Below are positions 43,617-56,468 of a stretch of 64,000 nt of DNA, piece after piece. How positions within the stretch are numbered: the stretch's first letter is position 1; each line of letters starts with the position of its first letter. Position numbers and translations under genes: made by a program. The stretch comes from Lingula anatina (Eukaryota; Animalia; Brachiopoda): NCBI GenBank assembly GCA_051362555.1, contig CM120646.1, forward strand, positions 2,294,001-2,358,000, read 5' to 3'. The notes under the pieces were generated by a model. That model made no database searches, was not told the origin of the DNA, and saw nothing but the letters and a program-made list of their open reading frames with translations.

Positions 43617-44914
43617 GGCTGAAGTTCCTCCCACAGACCGACCCAGTAGGCCAGACCTAGCTGTTTGTGAACGCTGAAATTAAAATTAATGAATAATAAA
43701 CATATTTTATTTTCTTTTTAAAGGGAATGCTCTTATTCTGTAATGTAAACAAAATATTTCTTGTTTTGATGGTTGATCATACTGATGTCATGCTTGGTTA
43801 CGTTACAAAATCAGTATACTACAACACTATAGCACAATACGACTTTTGATAAAGGGCTATTTGATAGTTTGTCCATTGGTCTCTAAAATAATGAAAACTT
43901 GCTATATGCAAGCAAATAAATGACACGCTTCAAATCTGTTGGTGTCTGGTTTCTTTTCCACAGAATCAAAATGCCGTTGGACAATATATTATTTCAGAAG
44001 TAATTAGTAATGGCAGTCATATGTCTTTAAGGCGGCGGTTGTCGATAGTGAGAACTACTAATAGATGTCATTTAGAGAATGATTATTTTGTTTTTATCTA
44101 TTATTCAAAAGGCAGGGTACCACCCTGTAGTTTTTGGCCTCCCATTTTCACGGTCACCTCTGACGCCAATAACTTTTTCATTTGAGGGATTTCACTATAA
44201 TACAAGTAGTAATAGAAATTACGTATTACATTGTAGCCGGGAATTAACATAGAGCAATATAATAAAAGTCACACTCACAATGTATCTGTATTATATGTAC
44301 TATAGTCGTGACACTTGTCGGAATCACCTAACATATGTCCTTTTTTAGCACGAATACTGGTTGGCATCAGATTTCATGAACCGTGTCACTATGCATTAAC
44401 ATATGACCTTAGCCTCGTACTCAACGAGTCTGCCAGTATTCGAAAGCGAAAGTAAAGAATACTATTACTAAAATCTTATCTATTGTGATCTAGATTCAAA
44501 TATAATTGAATCAACACACTTTCAATGGTATATGCAGTATATGTATTATTTCAACATGAACAGCTGCAATATTACACTGTAATTCATCCTCAGTTAACAA
44601 TGCGTCTACAGTATATATAAAGTACAAATGGGAGTTGACGGATCGTGACGGTCTAATAAGAGTAATACATTTCAAAACATTTTTTCAAATCTTAAATCAG
44701 AAGAAAATTTCATATCGTTACTTTAAAATTGCGTCACTTACCAACTAGAAAACAGAAGTTCTGGGGGTAAATACCCAACATTTTACGCGCGGTATGTGCA
44801 ATGTCATAATGTAATACTAAAAATGTATCAGTCAGTCGGACCCTGCCCTCATTGACGCAATTCAAGGCTATATTCTATTGATACAAGGTCAGCACACACC
44901 TAGACACAACAAAA

Positions 44915-47223
44915 ATGGCACAGGGATTTCAAAGCGAATTTTTAAGGGCTCAGAGTGAATCTGAGGTTAACGGTTTTATTTCGAGAAACTTGCAACCAGA
45001 TGAAGATTTCTCCCGTGCCTGCGGCGTGGCCGTCGATAGATTGGTCCGGGATCTAGAAACAAAAATGCCCGTGGATGTTCGTTCAGTGATAAAGGTACAT
45101 ATTAATTTCAAGGCTGTTTTACCAGTTCTCTCTTTTTTATGGAGAGGGAGAGAGGGGGGGGGGCGAATAGAGTTAATTACTTGTATAATGAAGTCATGCA
45201 GTCTTAAATCCTAAAGGTCTTAAAGTGACGTACTCATGGAATCTATAGTTAACAAACGGAAATAAAAAATAACGTGCACTACATATACAAATGCGTAATT
45301 GAAGAAATAGGGACTGGAAAGTACTAAACGGTGGGTAATACACAATATTTTATCAAGTAGGTCTAATTTGTAGAATAAATGGATAGAATATATATAAGTT
45401 TTAACTCATTAAAATTAGCATTAAAAGTCAAGTTCTACTACAGGGAGGATCGCTGGGGAAAGGGACGGCATTGAGAGATAAGTCCGACATTGACTGCGTG
45501 GTTTTCATCAATTATGTCGGAAATCTTCGATCGTCCATACGAGCCATGAGCGGTGACTGGTTGCAGGAAACAATTGACAAGATAAAGCATTGCCTCCGAA
45601 ATAGGAACCCTCCATCCGAGTTCCAGGTTGTTGGCGAGACGATGCATGCCGTGAAACTTCGATACAAGAGGGGCTCTTTTACCTGTGACGTTGATTTGCT
45701 ACCTGCCATAGATATTTTGAGTAAAGGTTTGTCAGCATAGTGTAGAACAGTTTCATTAGCTATGTTATTGTAATAAATTTGTGAAGATTCTTTTGTCTAT
45801 AGCTACTTATACTTGTCTGGTCTTACCAGCCAATATTTCGTCTGCTTGCAGTCAGACTTCATCAGGGAATGAGGTTGTGATAGGTGTGACAACCTATCAC
45901 CCCCTCTGGTGTGGTATTTGGTCAGCCCCCCCCCCCCCGGCCTGCCCATCCCTGAGGAGTGGTAGGTTGAGGTTGGGATGTTTTTTGGCGAATTATCATT
46001 ACATCACTACTGAATGAATGGTGACACTTAGTTCATTGAAACAAGATTATATCAAGTCCAGGCCACGTCTTTACATTTGAAGGCTTAATATTGTCTTTGT
46101 TTTTATTTTCACAAATTTGAAACTGCATTCTGTTCTCTTCCTGGCAGGTTGCTCAACTTTATATGTATCTGGATTTCTATTATGCCACCGAAGTAGCCTT
46201 TTTTACATAAATCAAAAACTGACATGTATTTTATCACAAATCTAAACCTGCGATGTTTTCTAACCCAGCTGATGATGACAAACATGAAGTGTATGCTGCA
46301 ATGAAAGCAGCTTCTCCATGCGATCGTGAGTACTGCTCAGCTGCACTGGTACAGGTTCAAGTAGAGTTCGTAAAACAACAACTACCGACGGTAAAGGACC
46401 TGATTCGTTTTGTCAAATACTGGAGAAAGGAATGTTTTCAGGTGAGAACTGACAGAGTATAAAGTAGAGGTAGTTTATCTACCGTAGAGCTGTGGAATAC
46501 AGGGAGGGTTGAGATTTTTTTGAATTCCTTTTTTCATGTACTTCAACAGCTGTCCCAAAACATTTTCTTAGTCTATAGTCCATGAAGTTTGTCAGGAAAA
46601 TACGCTTAGGAATGCTATTCTATTTGGCGAGTGTAAAATATTTGGAGTATTAAATGACCCAAATGTTCCAAAGTTATTATACTTTGGGGTCCACTAACTT
46701 CATAATCCTTGCCATTATGCCATAGTTGTAACACATGAACTGGTACATTTTTCCTATCAATGTGGTGAGTTTGACAGTCAATAGAAGCAGTCATATTGAC
46801 GCCTACTCCCCTGTGACTTTGACCGTTACTATGACAGGGAAGCTAGGGGTGAAGTAGTGAGTACAGTGCAAAGCCAGACCCTTCACAAACGTCAAGGTTA
46901 TAATGTATAGATTGTCCCGACAGGTGAAAGAGTTGTTTTTTTCTGACGACTTACGAAAAATTGGCACATTTACATTGTAGTTGTGTTAGCTGTCTTTAAT
47001 ATTTATTATTTTACACTTTTTAGAGCACAATCTGTGCACATTGATTACACTCGCAGTGGTTTGAAACGTTATTGAGGGACACCTAATAGACTACTACTAC
47101 CCTTGTAACTATCATTTTTGCACAACTTGCTGGGTAAAACTGGTCTTACATGGCAACTCTTATTTCAGAGATCCCTAGAAACTTTTCCACTTTATGTCGG
47201 TCCGTACTATAGTGTTACTTTGA

Positions 47224-47312
<89 letters not shown>

Positions 47313-49199
47313 GTAAAAACGATTTTTCCTGTACGAGTAATATTATATATAATAAAAAGAAAACATAACAGCAACTTTTTTTGCCCCAACCGGTTTCTTT
47401 CTTTCTTCAGGGGGTTTTGTTTATTTGTTACTAGGTGATGTCATAAAGGCTAAAATGTGACGTCTGTAACAATGGGTGTTCAATTGTTACTTTTACCAAT
47501 GCTTTTATCTATTCAATGTAGGTTTATACTTATTAATGAATAGATTTTCTTTCATTTCCCTTTCTGTTTGGGTTGTTTCCCTAGTGAATTTATAAAATGG
47601 GAATGAGTGTAAAAGGAAAAACAAAGGCTCAAAGAGCTGGAAGGATTCCTATTAAGGAGACAATACCCAAGACAACTGATACAAACTGGGATTAAAATGG
47701 CAAAACAGATACCGAAGAACGACCTGAGGACCACCAAAGACAAAATTAAAAAGGAAGCCAAACCGTAAATATCAACAAAAAATCCAAAAAATCCGGAAGT
47801 ACACAATGTCATAACTGGAAACTTACCTTTGGTAAAACAAGATGACAAAATGAATGAGATACTAACCGAAATGCAGATTATAAAGAGTAAGAGACAAAGT
47901 CCATCACTAAAGCAAATTTTAACAAAAGCAAAATTTGAAAACAATTCCAGGACAAATGTGGAAACCTCAACAATACGAGTACAGAAATGTGAGGTACCCA
48001 GGTGTGGCACCTGTCCACTAATTAAAGAGGGGAGCCATCTAACATTTAAAAATGGACTTACATTTAGAATTAAACACCCATTCACCTGCACTAGCTCAAA
48101 TTTAATTTATGTATTAACTTGCAGTGGATGCGATGAGAACTATATAGGACAAACTGGAGACACACTCCGACATAGAATGACCGTTCACAGACAACAAATA
48201 AGACAACCTAAATATCAGTGCACGTCTGTGAGTGGGCACATTAGGGAATGCTCTATGAACAAAAACAAGGACTTTACGGTATTCCCATTTTATAAATTCA
48301 CTAGGGAAACAACCCAAACAGAAAGGGAAATGAAAGAAAATCTATTCATTAATAAGTATAAACCTACCTTGAATAGATAAAAGCATTGGTAAAAGTAACA
48401 ATTAAACACCCATTGTTACAGACGTCACATTTTAGCCTTTATGACATCACCTAGCTAGTAACAAATAAACAAAACCCCCTGAAGAAAGAAAGATACCGGT
48501 CGGGGCAAAAAAAGTTGCTGTTCTTTTTCTTTTTATTATATATTTTATTTTAAGACATTTATGATGACTGAATATATACATATATAAGCCGTTTTTTAAT
48601 TCCCACCCCGCCTGATGAATGCAACGCTTCATTTGTTTTTCTGTTACATGTAGGATTACGCCTATTTCAAAGTTTGGCTGCCGTCCTCTTACCTCCTGGA
48701 GCTCCTGTGTATTAATGTTTGGGAAATGGTGGGGAGACCCTCGTCCATTGACAAAATACAAGGATTAAAGGCCGTGATGTGGCTACTGATGACTAAACCC
48801 AGCCACTACCGCGTGGAATGGTCAAAGCATTACGACCCCAGCAGATATCCGCTTACTTCCACTAATCAGTACGTATTGCAACTTCCCATACACAACAGCA
48901 CATACTTTTTTCAAAACCCATCATTTTACAGTAAATGCTAATGTATACATTTTGTGAAAAACTATCAAATTACAAAGTTTGAATTAAAATATTAGTTTTA
49001 CAAATATATGTACATGTATGTACTACGTTTCTCTTGCAGCCTGTTAGTTCGAGATCCTGCCAACCCATTCAATGACCTGTGCAATGACTTTGACAGGCAC
49101 AGCTGGCAAATAATATATTTCGTAATAGATCGAACTTTAAAATCTCCGATGTTCAGTGGTCTACGCATGGATCCTCCTTGGGATATATTCACAGACTAA
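44915..49199 (+). CDS. OAS: 2'-5'-oligoadenylate synthetase-like nucleotidyltransferase, copy 2 (336 aa)
   Basis: Exons 44915-45094, 45444-45726, 46269-46441, 48654-48868, 49040-49199, sum 1011 nt in frame. Same motifs as copy 1 (GGSLGKGTALRDKSDIDC, DVDLLPAID, KDLIRFVKYW, LPSSYLLELL, RDPANPFND). Intron 3 is enlarged partly by a Penelope-like insertion. Confidence 0.9.
47384..47414 (-). ncRNA. Minimal type-I hammerhead ribozyme motif (Penelope-associated), intact core
   Basis: Minus strand reads CCCC-CUGAAGA-AAGAAA-GAAA-CCGG-UU-GGGG: stem I C4/G4, CUGANGA, GAAA, palindromic stem III ACCGGU, NUH site. Stem II is not base-paired. Confidence 0.65.
48475..48505 (+). ncRNA. Minimal hammerhead ribozyme motif, core mutated (GAAA to GAUA)
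   Basis: CCCC-CUGAAGA-AAGAAA-GAUA-CCGG-UC-GGGG in the 3' pseudo-LTR. Confidence 0.55.
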
Positions 49200-50058
49200 T
49201 CATCTACAAAGTGCGCCTTAGCAAACAGAGCGCCGTTACTCGATATTACAAGTGAGTAGACCCCTCTAGGATAAACAATCACTCTACAGTATGATAGACT
49301 TTTTTTCGGAAATCTCTTAAAATATTTAAAGTATTCACTGATGTGAAATAATTTAATGCAGGAGAATTTTTATTCATATATATCTTGCAACCAAATATGT
49401 ATTGGATATTACGTGTGTATTCGTGTTCAAACGCTTAACTACAGTGTAAAGTATGAAAAACTAGAAAGAAACTATACTATTAAAATAAATCAGTCGAAAA
49501 CTGAAAACAATAGCATATAATTTTTATTCGTATATCTTGCAACCAAATATGTATTTGATATTACGTGTTTGTGTGTATGCAATAGGTAAACTTTTCTGAT
49601 GCACAGGCAATTTACAAAATTTTGAAAACTCGTATATTTAAAAAATGATGTACTTCAAACGATTAACTACAGTGTTAAGTATGAAAAACTAAAAAAGAAC
49701 TACTTTTAAAATAAATCAGTTGAAAACTGAAAACAATAGCATACAAACATGAACAAGTTACTGTGTCTCTTTAGATGCAATATTTAGTCTATATATAAAA
49801 GCGCTCGATCAGTTACATGTACATGTGGAGTAGTCTGAGTGATAGATACGATCTTGTTATACCCTTTTTAAATAATGAACAAATATTCACTTCTATCAAA
49901 AGATTTTTAAATGGATCTGCAGATGTATGCTTTTAGATGCAATTTATAACTTCTAGACAATCTTGTTAATTGATCAAATACTCAATTAAAACTCATAAAA
50001 ATGATGTTTGTGTTATTTCTCTGATATTGTCATACGCCATAGATGTGTATATTTGAAG

Positions 50059-51209
50059 CTACATGTAAAAAAGCGTAGAGACGATGCTAAGTAAGAAAAT
50101 AGCATATAGAGCAAAAAGCCCTGACGCGGGATACATTTTCAGTCCGGAAGCTTCATTCACAGCGGCCTTTTTCTCGGCAGCGGCTCGAGCGACGGGGATG
50201 TTCGGATTTGGTTTTGCTGGATCGAAACTAAACTCCATGCAGGGTTCTGTGTCCGGTACCACGTGATATCCGCCATCCCAAATGGTGTTGCAGAAATCAA
50301 CAGCTGACGTGTACACCTCAGTATATTTCCTACACACCGCGTCCTTTGGGCAAATGTTCATACCTGAAAAGAATTAACATGAAATATAATACATTTTACT
50401 GAAAAAAAGTTGCAAGCACAGAAGCTGCAATCTGCTTTGGAAAGGATGATTTGGATCACAGCATCACATAATTTTATAAGTCAGGTTTGATAAAAAAAAA
50501 GACTATAAGCACGTGCGTTTGGCATGTGTAAGAATAAGAAATGATTCCGGTTTTTCCATATGGTATTTATTTTTCGTCCCTAACCTTGAACTTCTTTTTC
50601 TTCCCCTTCTTTTTGCAAACATCCAACAGAAATGGTAGTTCTAGGTATGGAAGTCCAGGCTCCCATATGAATAGTACAGGTTAAGGTTAGTCGGAGTGTT
50701 GGAGTTAGTATAACGGACGAATGTCATCTGTACAAAGTAAAAGGGAACGGACTATGGTTCCTAGTGAACTACTATTCTTGTCACGCCAGTTCTTTATCAT
50801 CTACTCTGGGTATGTTCCCCAAATTAAACCCATAGCTATATGTAGCGCATTGTTCTTAAGTTACAACGTCACAACAACGTGACGTCACTCACCATTAGCG
50901 TCCCAGGCAGGGTCTGTGAACCAGTTTCTGTGACACGTGTATTCCTCCTTGCAAGCGTTCCACCATTTGTCACACTGGCTTGCACACACAGGCAGTTGAT
51001 TATAACGGTCACTATACGGGTATTCTTTCTAAAATTATTATCAAAAAATAATCTAATGTTATTTATCTAGCATTATAATTCACCTCGGTCGATAACGCTT
51101 TTCTGAGTTCGGCCTAAAACAATATACTGACCTCGGGCCAAATTCAATAGTTGTATACTATCATAGTGCAGACCAGATGAATGAATGGTCATTATCAGTT
51201 CACCATCAG

Positions 51210-51240
<31 letters not shown>

Positions 51241-51548
51241 ATAGAGAGAGGGCAGAGAGTAGAATATGTGACCTACCCCTCTCACAATCCATGGACCAGA
51301 GTTTGGTGAACAAGCAAAGAAGCACATTTCGTCATGGGTCAATCTTTCACACTCCGGTGACAGACGCGGTTTCTGTGGACAGTGGCCATAATCCGTCATG
51401 TTCATCCATTGGTGGTCCTCTAGGAAACTTGTGGTCATATTTGGCTTGCAACAGGCTCCGTCTCGGTAACGAATGCACTGGAATAATATAGGTACAGTAT
51501 GTTCATATATAAACATTGACATTGCCAGTCCAGAGGACCTGCCGTGTT

Positions 51549-51599
<51 letters not shown>

Positions 51600-52464
51600 G
51601 TCCTCTAGATCTGTCGGACAGGCAGTTGCCCTGTGTATGGAGGTGATGTTCATGATATATATGTATAAAATTGGATGCCAGGGGGTGGGCAAGAATGCCG
51701 ATTCGTCATTGTCAAAATCTTGATCCACTATACCATCAGGAATTTATATGCACATGTACAAAGAAAAAGAATCATAATGCTTAGGGTGTTTTAGGAAGTA
51801 TTCTGAAGTATTCTATTTGTCCGACAATGCCATTACATACATAGCCTCGTTCAGTTACCCTAGGTTCTAGCTTTCAGTATTGCCAGCTCGATCTAGATTT
51901 CGTATATTGTATAGTATAACCTATATCAGCAATACTGACTGTTAATTCTACTTCATCACTGTCAAGTTCATTACGGAACCACATGAGATAGCGCAGGCGT
52001 ATCGGACTTCAGTGCGCAACCAACTGGACTTCCAGACGGACGCATAACAATTCTTCCTACGCAGTTTTTTCATTTTTTGATGGAAACCTTCAATATTTCT
52101 TCTCAAGAAGAAGACGCCCTACTGGGGCCAGGGGTGGGTATTACCCCCTCTGAATCGAGAAACATTTTCTCAGCGATTGATGCCCTTAAGGGCACTATGG
52201 AGGCTGTTGCCTCCAATATACAGAAAATGGGCGAGGTTTGGGCGACAATGGCAGCCGAAAAGAAACCCGCCAAACGCTCTGCGACGGTCTTTGAAGGAGA
52301 GGAAGGAGAACTAAACATAATAGTATATGTTACTTTATATATTTAATCTGATAATCCACCCTTCAAACGTCGGATAATCATTTTCACCCAGTATTTTCAT
52401 GGCCACACATTAAAATAACGTATTTTTTACAACTTCCAACCGTTCCCTCCTTTCCTTCCTCCCC

Positions 52465-52503
<39 letters not shown>

Positions 52504-52668
52504 TACCTCGAGCTCCGGTTCTGGTGATGGTCTTGTCTTGCTGAATTTAGTTGGCAAGAAAATGCATCTGTTCAAGTAATAGTCTGCCGTTCTGGGCTTG
52601 TCTTCTTGCATCGTAACTCCCCACGTCAGTATGACCAGGTGCAGGTAGATGACTAGGGAAAACGCCAT
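50059..52668 (-). CDS. Folate receptor-like, copy B1 (predicted GPI-anchored, 267 aa)
   Basis: Exons 52668-52507, 51477-51277, 51028-50893, 50363-50059, sum 804 nt. Motifs CFFACSPNSGPWI, KEYPYSDRYNQLPVCASQCDKWWNACKEEYTCHRNW, FCNTIWDGGY. C-terminal hydrophobic stretch GLFALYAIFLLSIVSTLFYM with no cytoplasmic tail. Confidence 0.93.
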
Positions 52669-53536
52669 GTTGGCTTAATGATACCCTTAAACTGTACAAA
52701 TTAAACCGCAAGTGGTCTTCTGGGGGTGTTTTCAATATTATATTTTTATGTGTGACACTGATGCTATTCTGGTGACCATTATTCTACATGCCCTGGTGCA
52801 TCATGCACATGACAGGTTAATGTGGGGGTCGACAAAGACTGTAAATCGTTTTAAAAGGAAAAAATAGGTTATAATTCTAACTTTATATCGTGTTTCGAAA
52901 TATTTTGTAGTGATTCAGTCTTGTTACATTATACATGACGTAAGGATATTTTAAAATAAATATTTAAACTGTAACTCAAGGGGCTTTGCGTCATGGCTAC
53001 AGTGACGTATGTTCTCCAGAAAAAAATTGTCAGAAAATTTCATCTTCCTATAGGCAATAGGAAACAGGGTTTTCTGTTGTTGACTGAAAAAGATACTGCG
53101 AGTCCATGACAGTTTGACATTTCCGATACATAATTTGGATCACGAATGGCAAATAGTTCATTTAATGCTTATTTGACTAACGGTAGTGTGTATTTCCCCC
53201 TCTTTTTTATATTCAGTAACCGGAAGGCTGAAGTCTCTCAAAAATTAGCTGCTCTATACAGAATATTATCATATTTTTACAACATTATACTTGTTCATGT
53301 AGGATATTAATTTAAGAACACAATAAGTGATGATTGAATTTTAAAAGCGAGTAAAACTTTCCACAGCTGGACGTTTTGCGTTTGTGACAGTAACATGTTC
53401 CTGTTGGGGGTACAACGATGAATTTTTTTATTATTATTCATGGTCCCTGGTGTGTGAAACTGCAAACTTCTTAATGTGGGACTCTAAAATAATCAAATAT
53501 AGTTTGTAAACTGTTCCTGTGACCTCGTTTGCACCT

Positions 53537-54549
53537 TTATATTGGGTTCGGGTGGGATAAGATGCAAATTAAGAACACCGTATAAAGAATAAAAAGCCCT
53601 GACGGGGGATACGTTTTCAATCGGGAAGCCCCAGACACAGCTGCTTTCTTCTCGGCAGCGGCTCGAGCCACGGGGATATTTGGATTTGGCTTTGTTGAAT
53701 CGAAACTAAACTGCATGCAAGGCTCGGTGTCCGGTACCACGTGATATCCGCCATCCCATATGGTGTTGCAGAAATCAGCAGCTGACGTGTACATCTCAGT
53801 GTATTTCCTACACACCGCGTCCTTTGGGCAAATGTTCATACCTGAAAAAGAAATATCATGAAATAAATCAATTTTAAACACAAACGTTGCAACCGTAATA
53901 TTGCTATCTGCTTTGTAAATAAAAATTAATTTGGATCACATTTTCACTTATTTAAAAAAACTGGGTTTGTTTTAGAGAAACTTAAGCATGTGCGTTTAGC
54001 ATGTGAAAGGATTTTCCATGTGGTATTTTGCCTTTGTTTATCGCTCCTAGCCTTAAACTTATTTTCTTTCTCCTCTTTTTTTGCAAACATCCAACCAGAA
54101 TTTTATCTTTTATACTGGTTCTTCAACTTAACACTAGCTATATATACATATATAAGATTGCTGTCTAATTATTACGTCACATTACCGTGGATGCCAGGTG
54201 GGGTGTTGGCTGGGATATGACGTCACTTACCATTAGCGTCCCAGGCAGGGTCAGTGAACCAGTTTTTGTGGCACGTGTATTCCTCCTTGCAAGCGTTCCA
54301 CCATTTGTCACATTGGCTGGCGCACAGAGGCAGTTGATTATAACGGTCACTATACGGGTATTCTTTCTAAAATGTTTATTGAAAAATATTAAGTATTATT
54401 GATCTGGTATTATATAATGCGCCTCGGTCGATATCACTTTTCTGAGGTCGGCAAAGCAACATATTGACATCGGTCATGGTCGATATTGATATAATATCAA
54501 ATGGGCAGACCAGATGAATGAATGGTCATTATCAGTTCACCGCCAGTTT

Positions 54550-54634
<85 letters not shown>

Positions 54635-56468
54635 TGTTTGACATACCCCTCTCACAATCCATGGACCCAAGTTTGGCGAGCAAGCAAAGAAGCAGATTTC
54701 GTCATGGGTCAAATTTTCACACTCCGGTGACAGACGCGGTTTCTGTGGACATTGGGCATAATTCGTCATGTTCATCCACTGGTGGTCCTCTAGGAAACTT
54801 GTGGTCATATTTGGCCTGCAGCAGGCTCCGTCTCGGTAACGAATGCACTGAAACATTACAGGGAAGGTACGCACTTATATAAACATTAACCTTGGCTATC
54901 CAGAGGACTTGCTATATTAAAAATCTTCCAGGTGGAAGGCTAGGGTGTATGCTCGAGTGATCATGACCTGTCGGACAGGAAGTTTCCCCATTCCTGGAGA
55001 TGCTGTATTTTTAAATAATTTAATTAAAATATATATGTATTAGTATAACACTGAGCGTCTGGGGGTGAGCAGCACAGCGTGAAACCATGTTCTTTACCCC
55101 TACCCTAAATAGCAACATAAAGCCTCGGTCACAACCGGCCGTACGGGCTCTTACGGGCTGTTTGCGTCCAAATTTTTCGCAGAATCTCACTTCCCACGCA
55201 AGTCCTTTTTAAGAAATTTCGAGTTCGCAGACAGCCCGTAAGCACGTACGGAGGATGTTGAACATGTCCAAAAGATTCTACGAATAGCCTGCGAACAGCG
55301 AGGCCGCAAGCGTAACTTGCTCCCCTCGCACGGAGTTAGCAAGAGAGACGCGCGTTGTGCAAGACGCACGTCGCAAGCTATGAAAGGTCAAGTGCCCTTT
55401 GCGTGCTAAGTAAGGCGCACGCCTTCACAACTAACGAACAAAGTCGAGGGCACACCGGGAATGCGTCGCACGTGCGTCACCCCCACGCCTGGTGTATAAA
55501 AGGCTTGTTCACGACGCACGCTCGTGTCTTTACAATGCACGTCGACTGTGTAACGTATACAACAATTTTCAAAATTTTCAAATTTTTGCTCAATTTAGTT
55601 TCTAATATGCCTCCAAAAGGCAAGAGAAAGAAGCTTACATAGTAGAAAAAAAGGGAGAAGGAAGAAGAACGAAGAGGAGAACAGGAAGCAAAACTGACGT
55701 ACGCCGTCAGTACGTCACCACAAACGTGTGAGGCAAGTGTGAAGCAAAACTGGCGCAAAAGGGCACTACTTTCGCCGAGCGTTGCACTCCCTTCGTGCGT
55801 GGTGAGTGTGTGACACGTACAAAGGAAGCAAGACAAAATCAAGAAATGAGTACAATTTCCACGGCCATTGTTCCTTGAAATTATAGTCCCTGCTTGAAAG
55901 GACATCTCATGTGGCCCTTGCGACTCGCATGGCAGACTTTCCTCTACCTCTACGACCTCCACGGCCTCCGCAACACCCAAAAATCGAAGGGGACGTACGA
56001 TCCTGAAATTCGTGCGTCCGGTTGTAAATGGCTTAACCGGCGAAACAGGTGACAAAATGAGACACAAAATCAAAATATTTTCCAGCCCTATCATACTCCC
56101 TAGTTTTCCACTGCTAAACATACACATAAGTGTAAGGGTACCGATTCTTCATTGTTAAAATCTTGGATACACTACTACCGGTGTAACAGGTTTTATCACT
56201 CTAACCTAGCATCTTCATCGTAATTAACTCACCACAGACATATAAAATCACGTTTTTTGCAACCTCTCTCTCTCTCTCTCTCTCCCTACCTCTCTCTCTC
56301 TCTCACCTCGAGCTCTGGTTCTGGTGATGGTCTTGTCTTGCTGAATTTTGTTGGCAAGAAAATACATCTGTTCAAGTAATACTCCGCCGTTCTGGGCTTG
56401 TCCTCTTGCATCACAACTCCCCACGTCAGCACAGCCAGGTAGATGCAGATGTCTAGGGAAAACGCCAT
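53537..56468 (-). CDS. Folate receptor-like, copy B2 (predicted GPI-anchored, 267 aa)
   Basis: Exons 56468-56307, 54847-54647, 54366-54231, 53841-53537; tail GLFILYTVFLICILSHPNPI. Confidence 0.93.
55121..56033. mobile_element. PIF/Harbinger-like non-autonomous element in B2 intron 1
   Basis: TAA|AGCCTCGGTCACAACCGG...CCGGTTGTAAATGGCT|TAA; GC-rich relative to flanks; absent from B1 intron 1. Confidence 0.7.

Larger units (their letters stand above)
47347..48541 (+). mobile_element. 5'-truncated Penelope-like retroelement (GIY-YIG endonuclease) with inverted pseudo-LTR
   Basis: ORF 47829-48380 has C..C..C, FTCTSSNLIYVLTCSGCDENYIGQTGDTLRHRMTVHR and a C-terminal E..FI..Y.P.LN, typical of Penelope GIY-YIG domains. 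47347-47604 is the reverse complement of 48281-48541. Confidence 0.9.

Noticed and set aside
49370-49745. Duplicated ~150-bp block in the OAS-2 3' flank
   Set aside because: Ordinary local tandem duplication with no evidence of function.
51850-52346. GC-richer ORF fragment (MMETFNISSQEEDALLG...) antisense in B1 intron 1
   Set aside because: Possibly a retroelement gag-like relic, but there is no diagnostic motif to support a call.
55477-56127. 216-aa minus-strand ORF and overlapping ORFs
   Set aside because: They lie mostly within a Harbinger-like non-autonomous element and show no recognisable domain.
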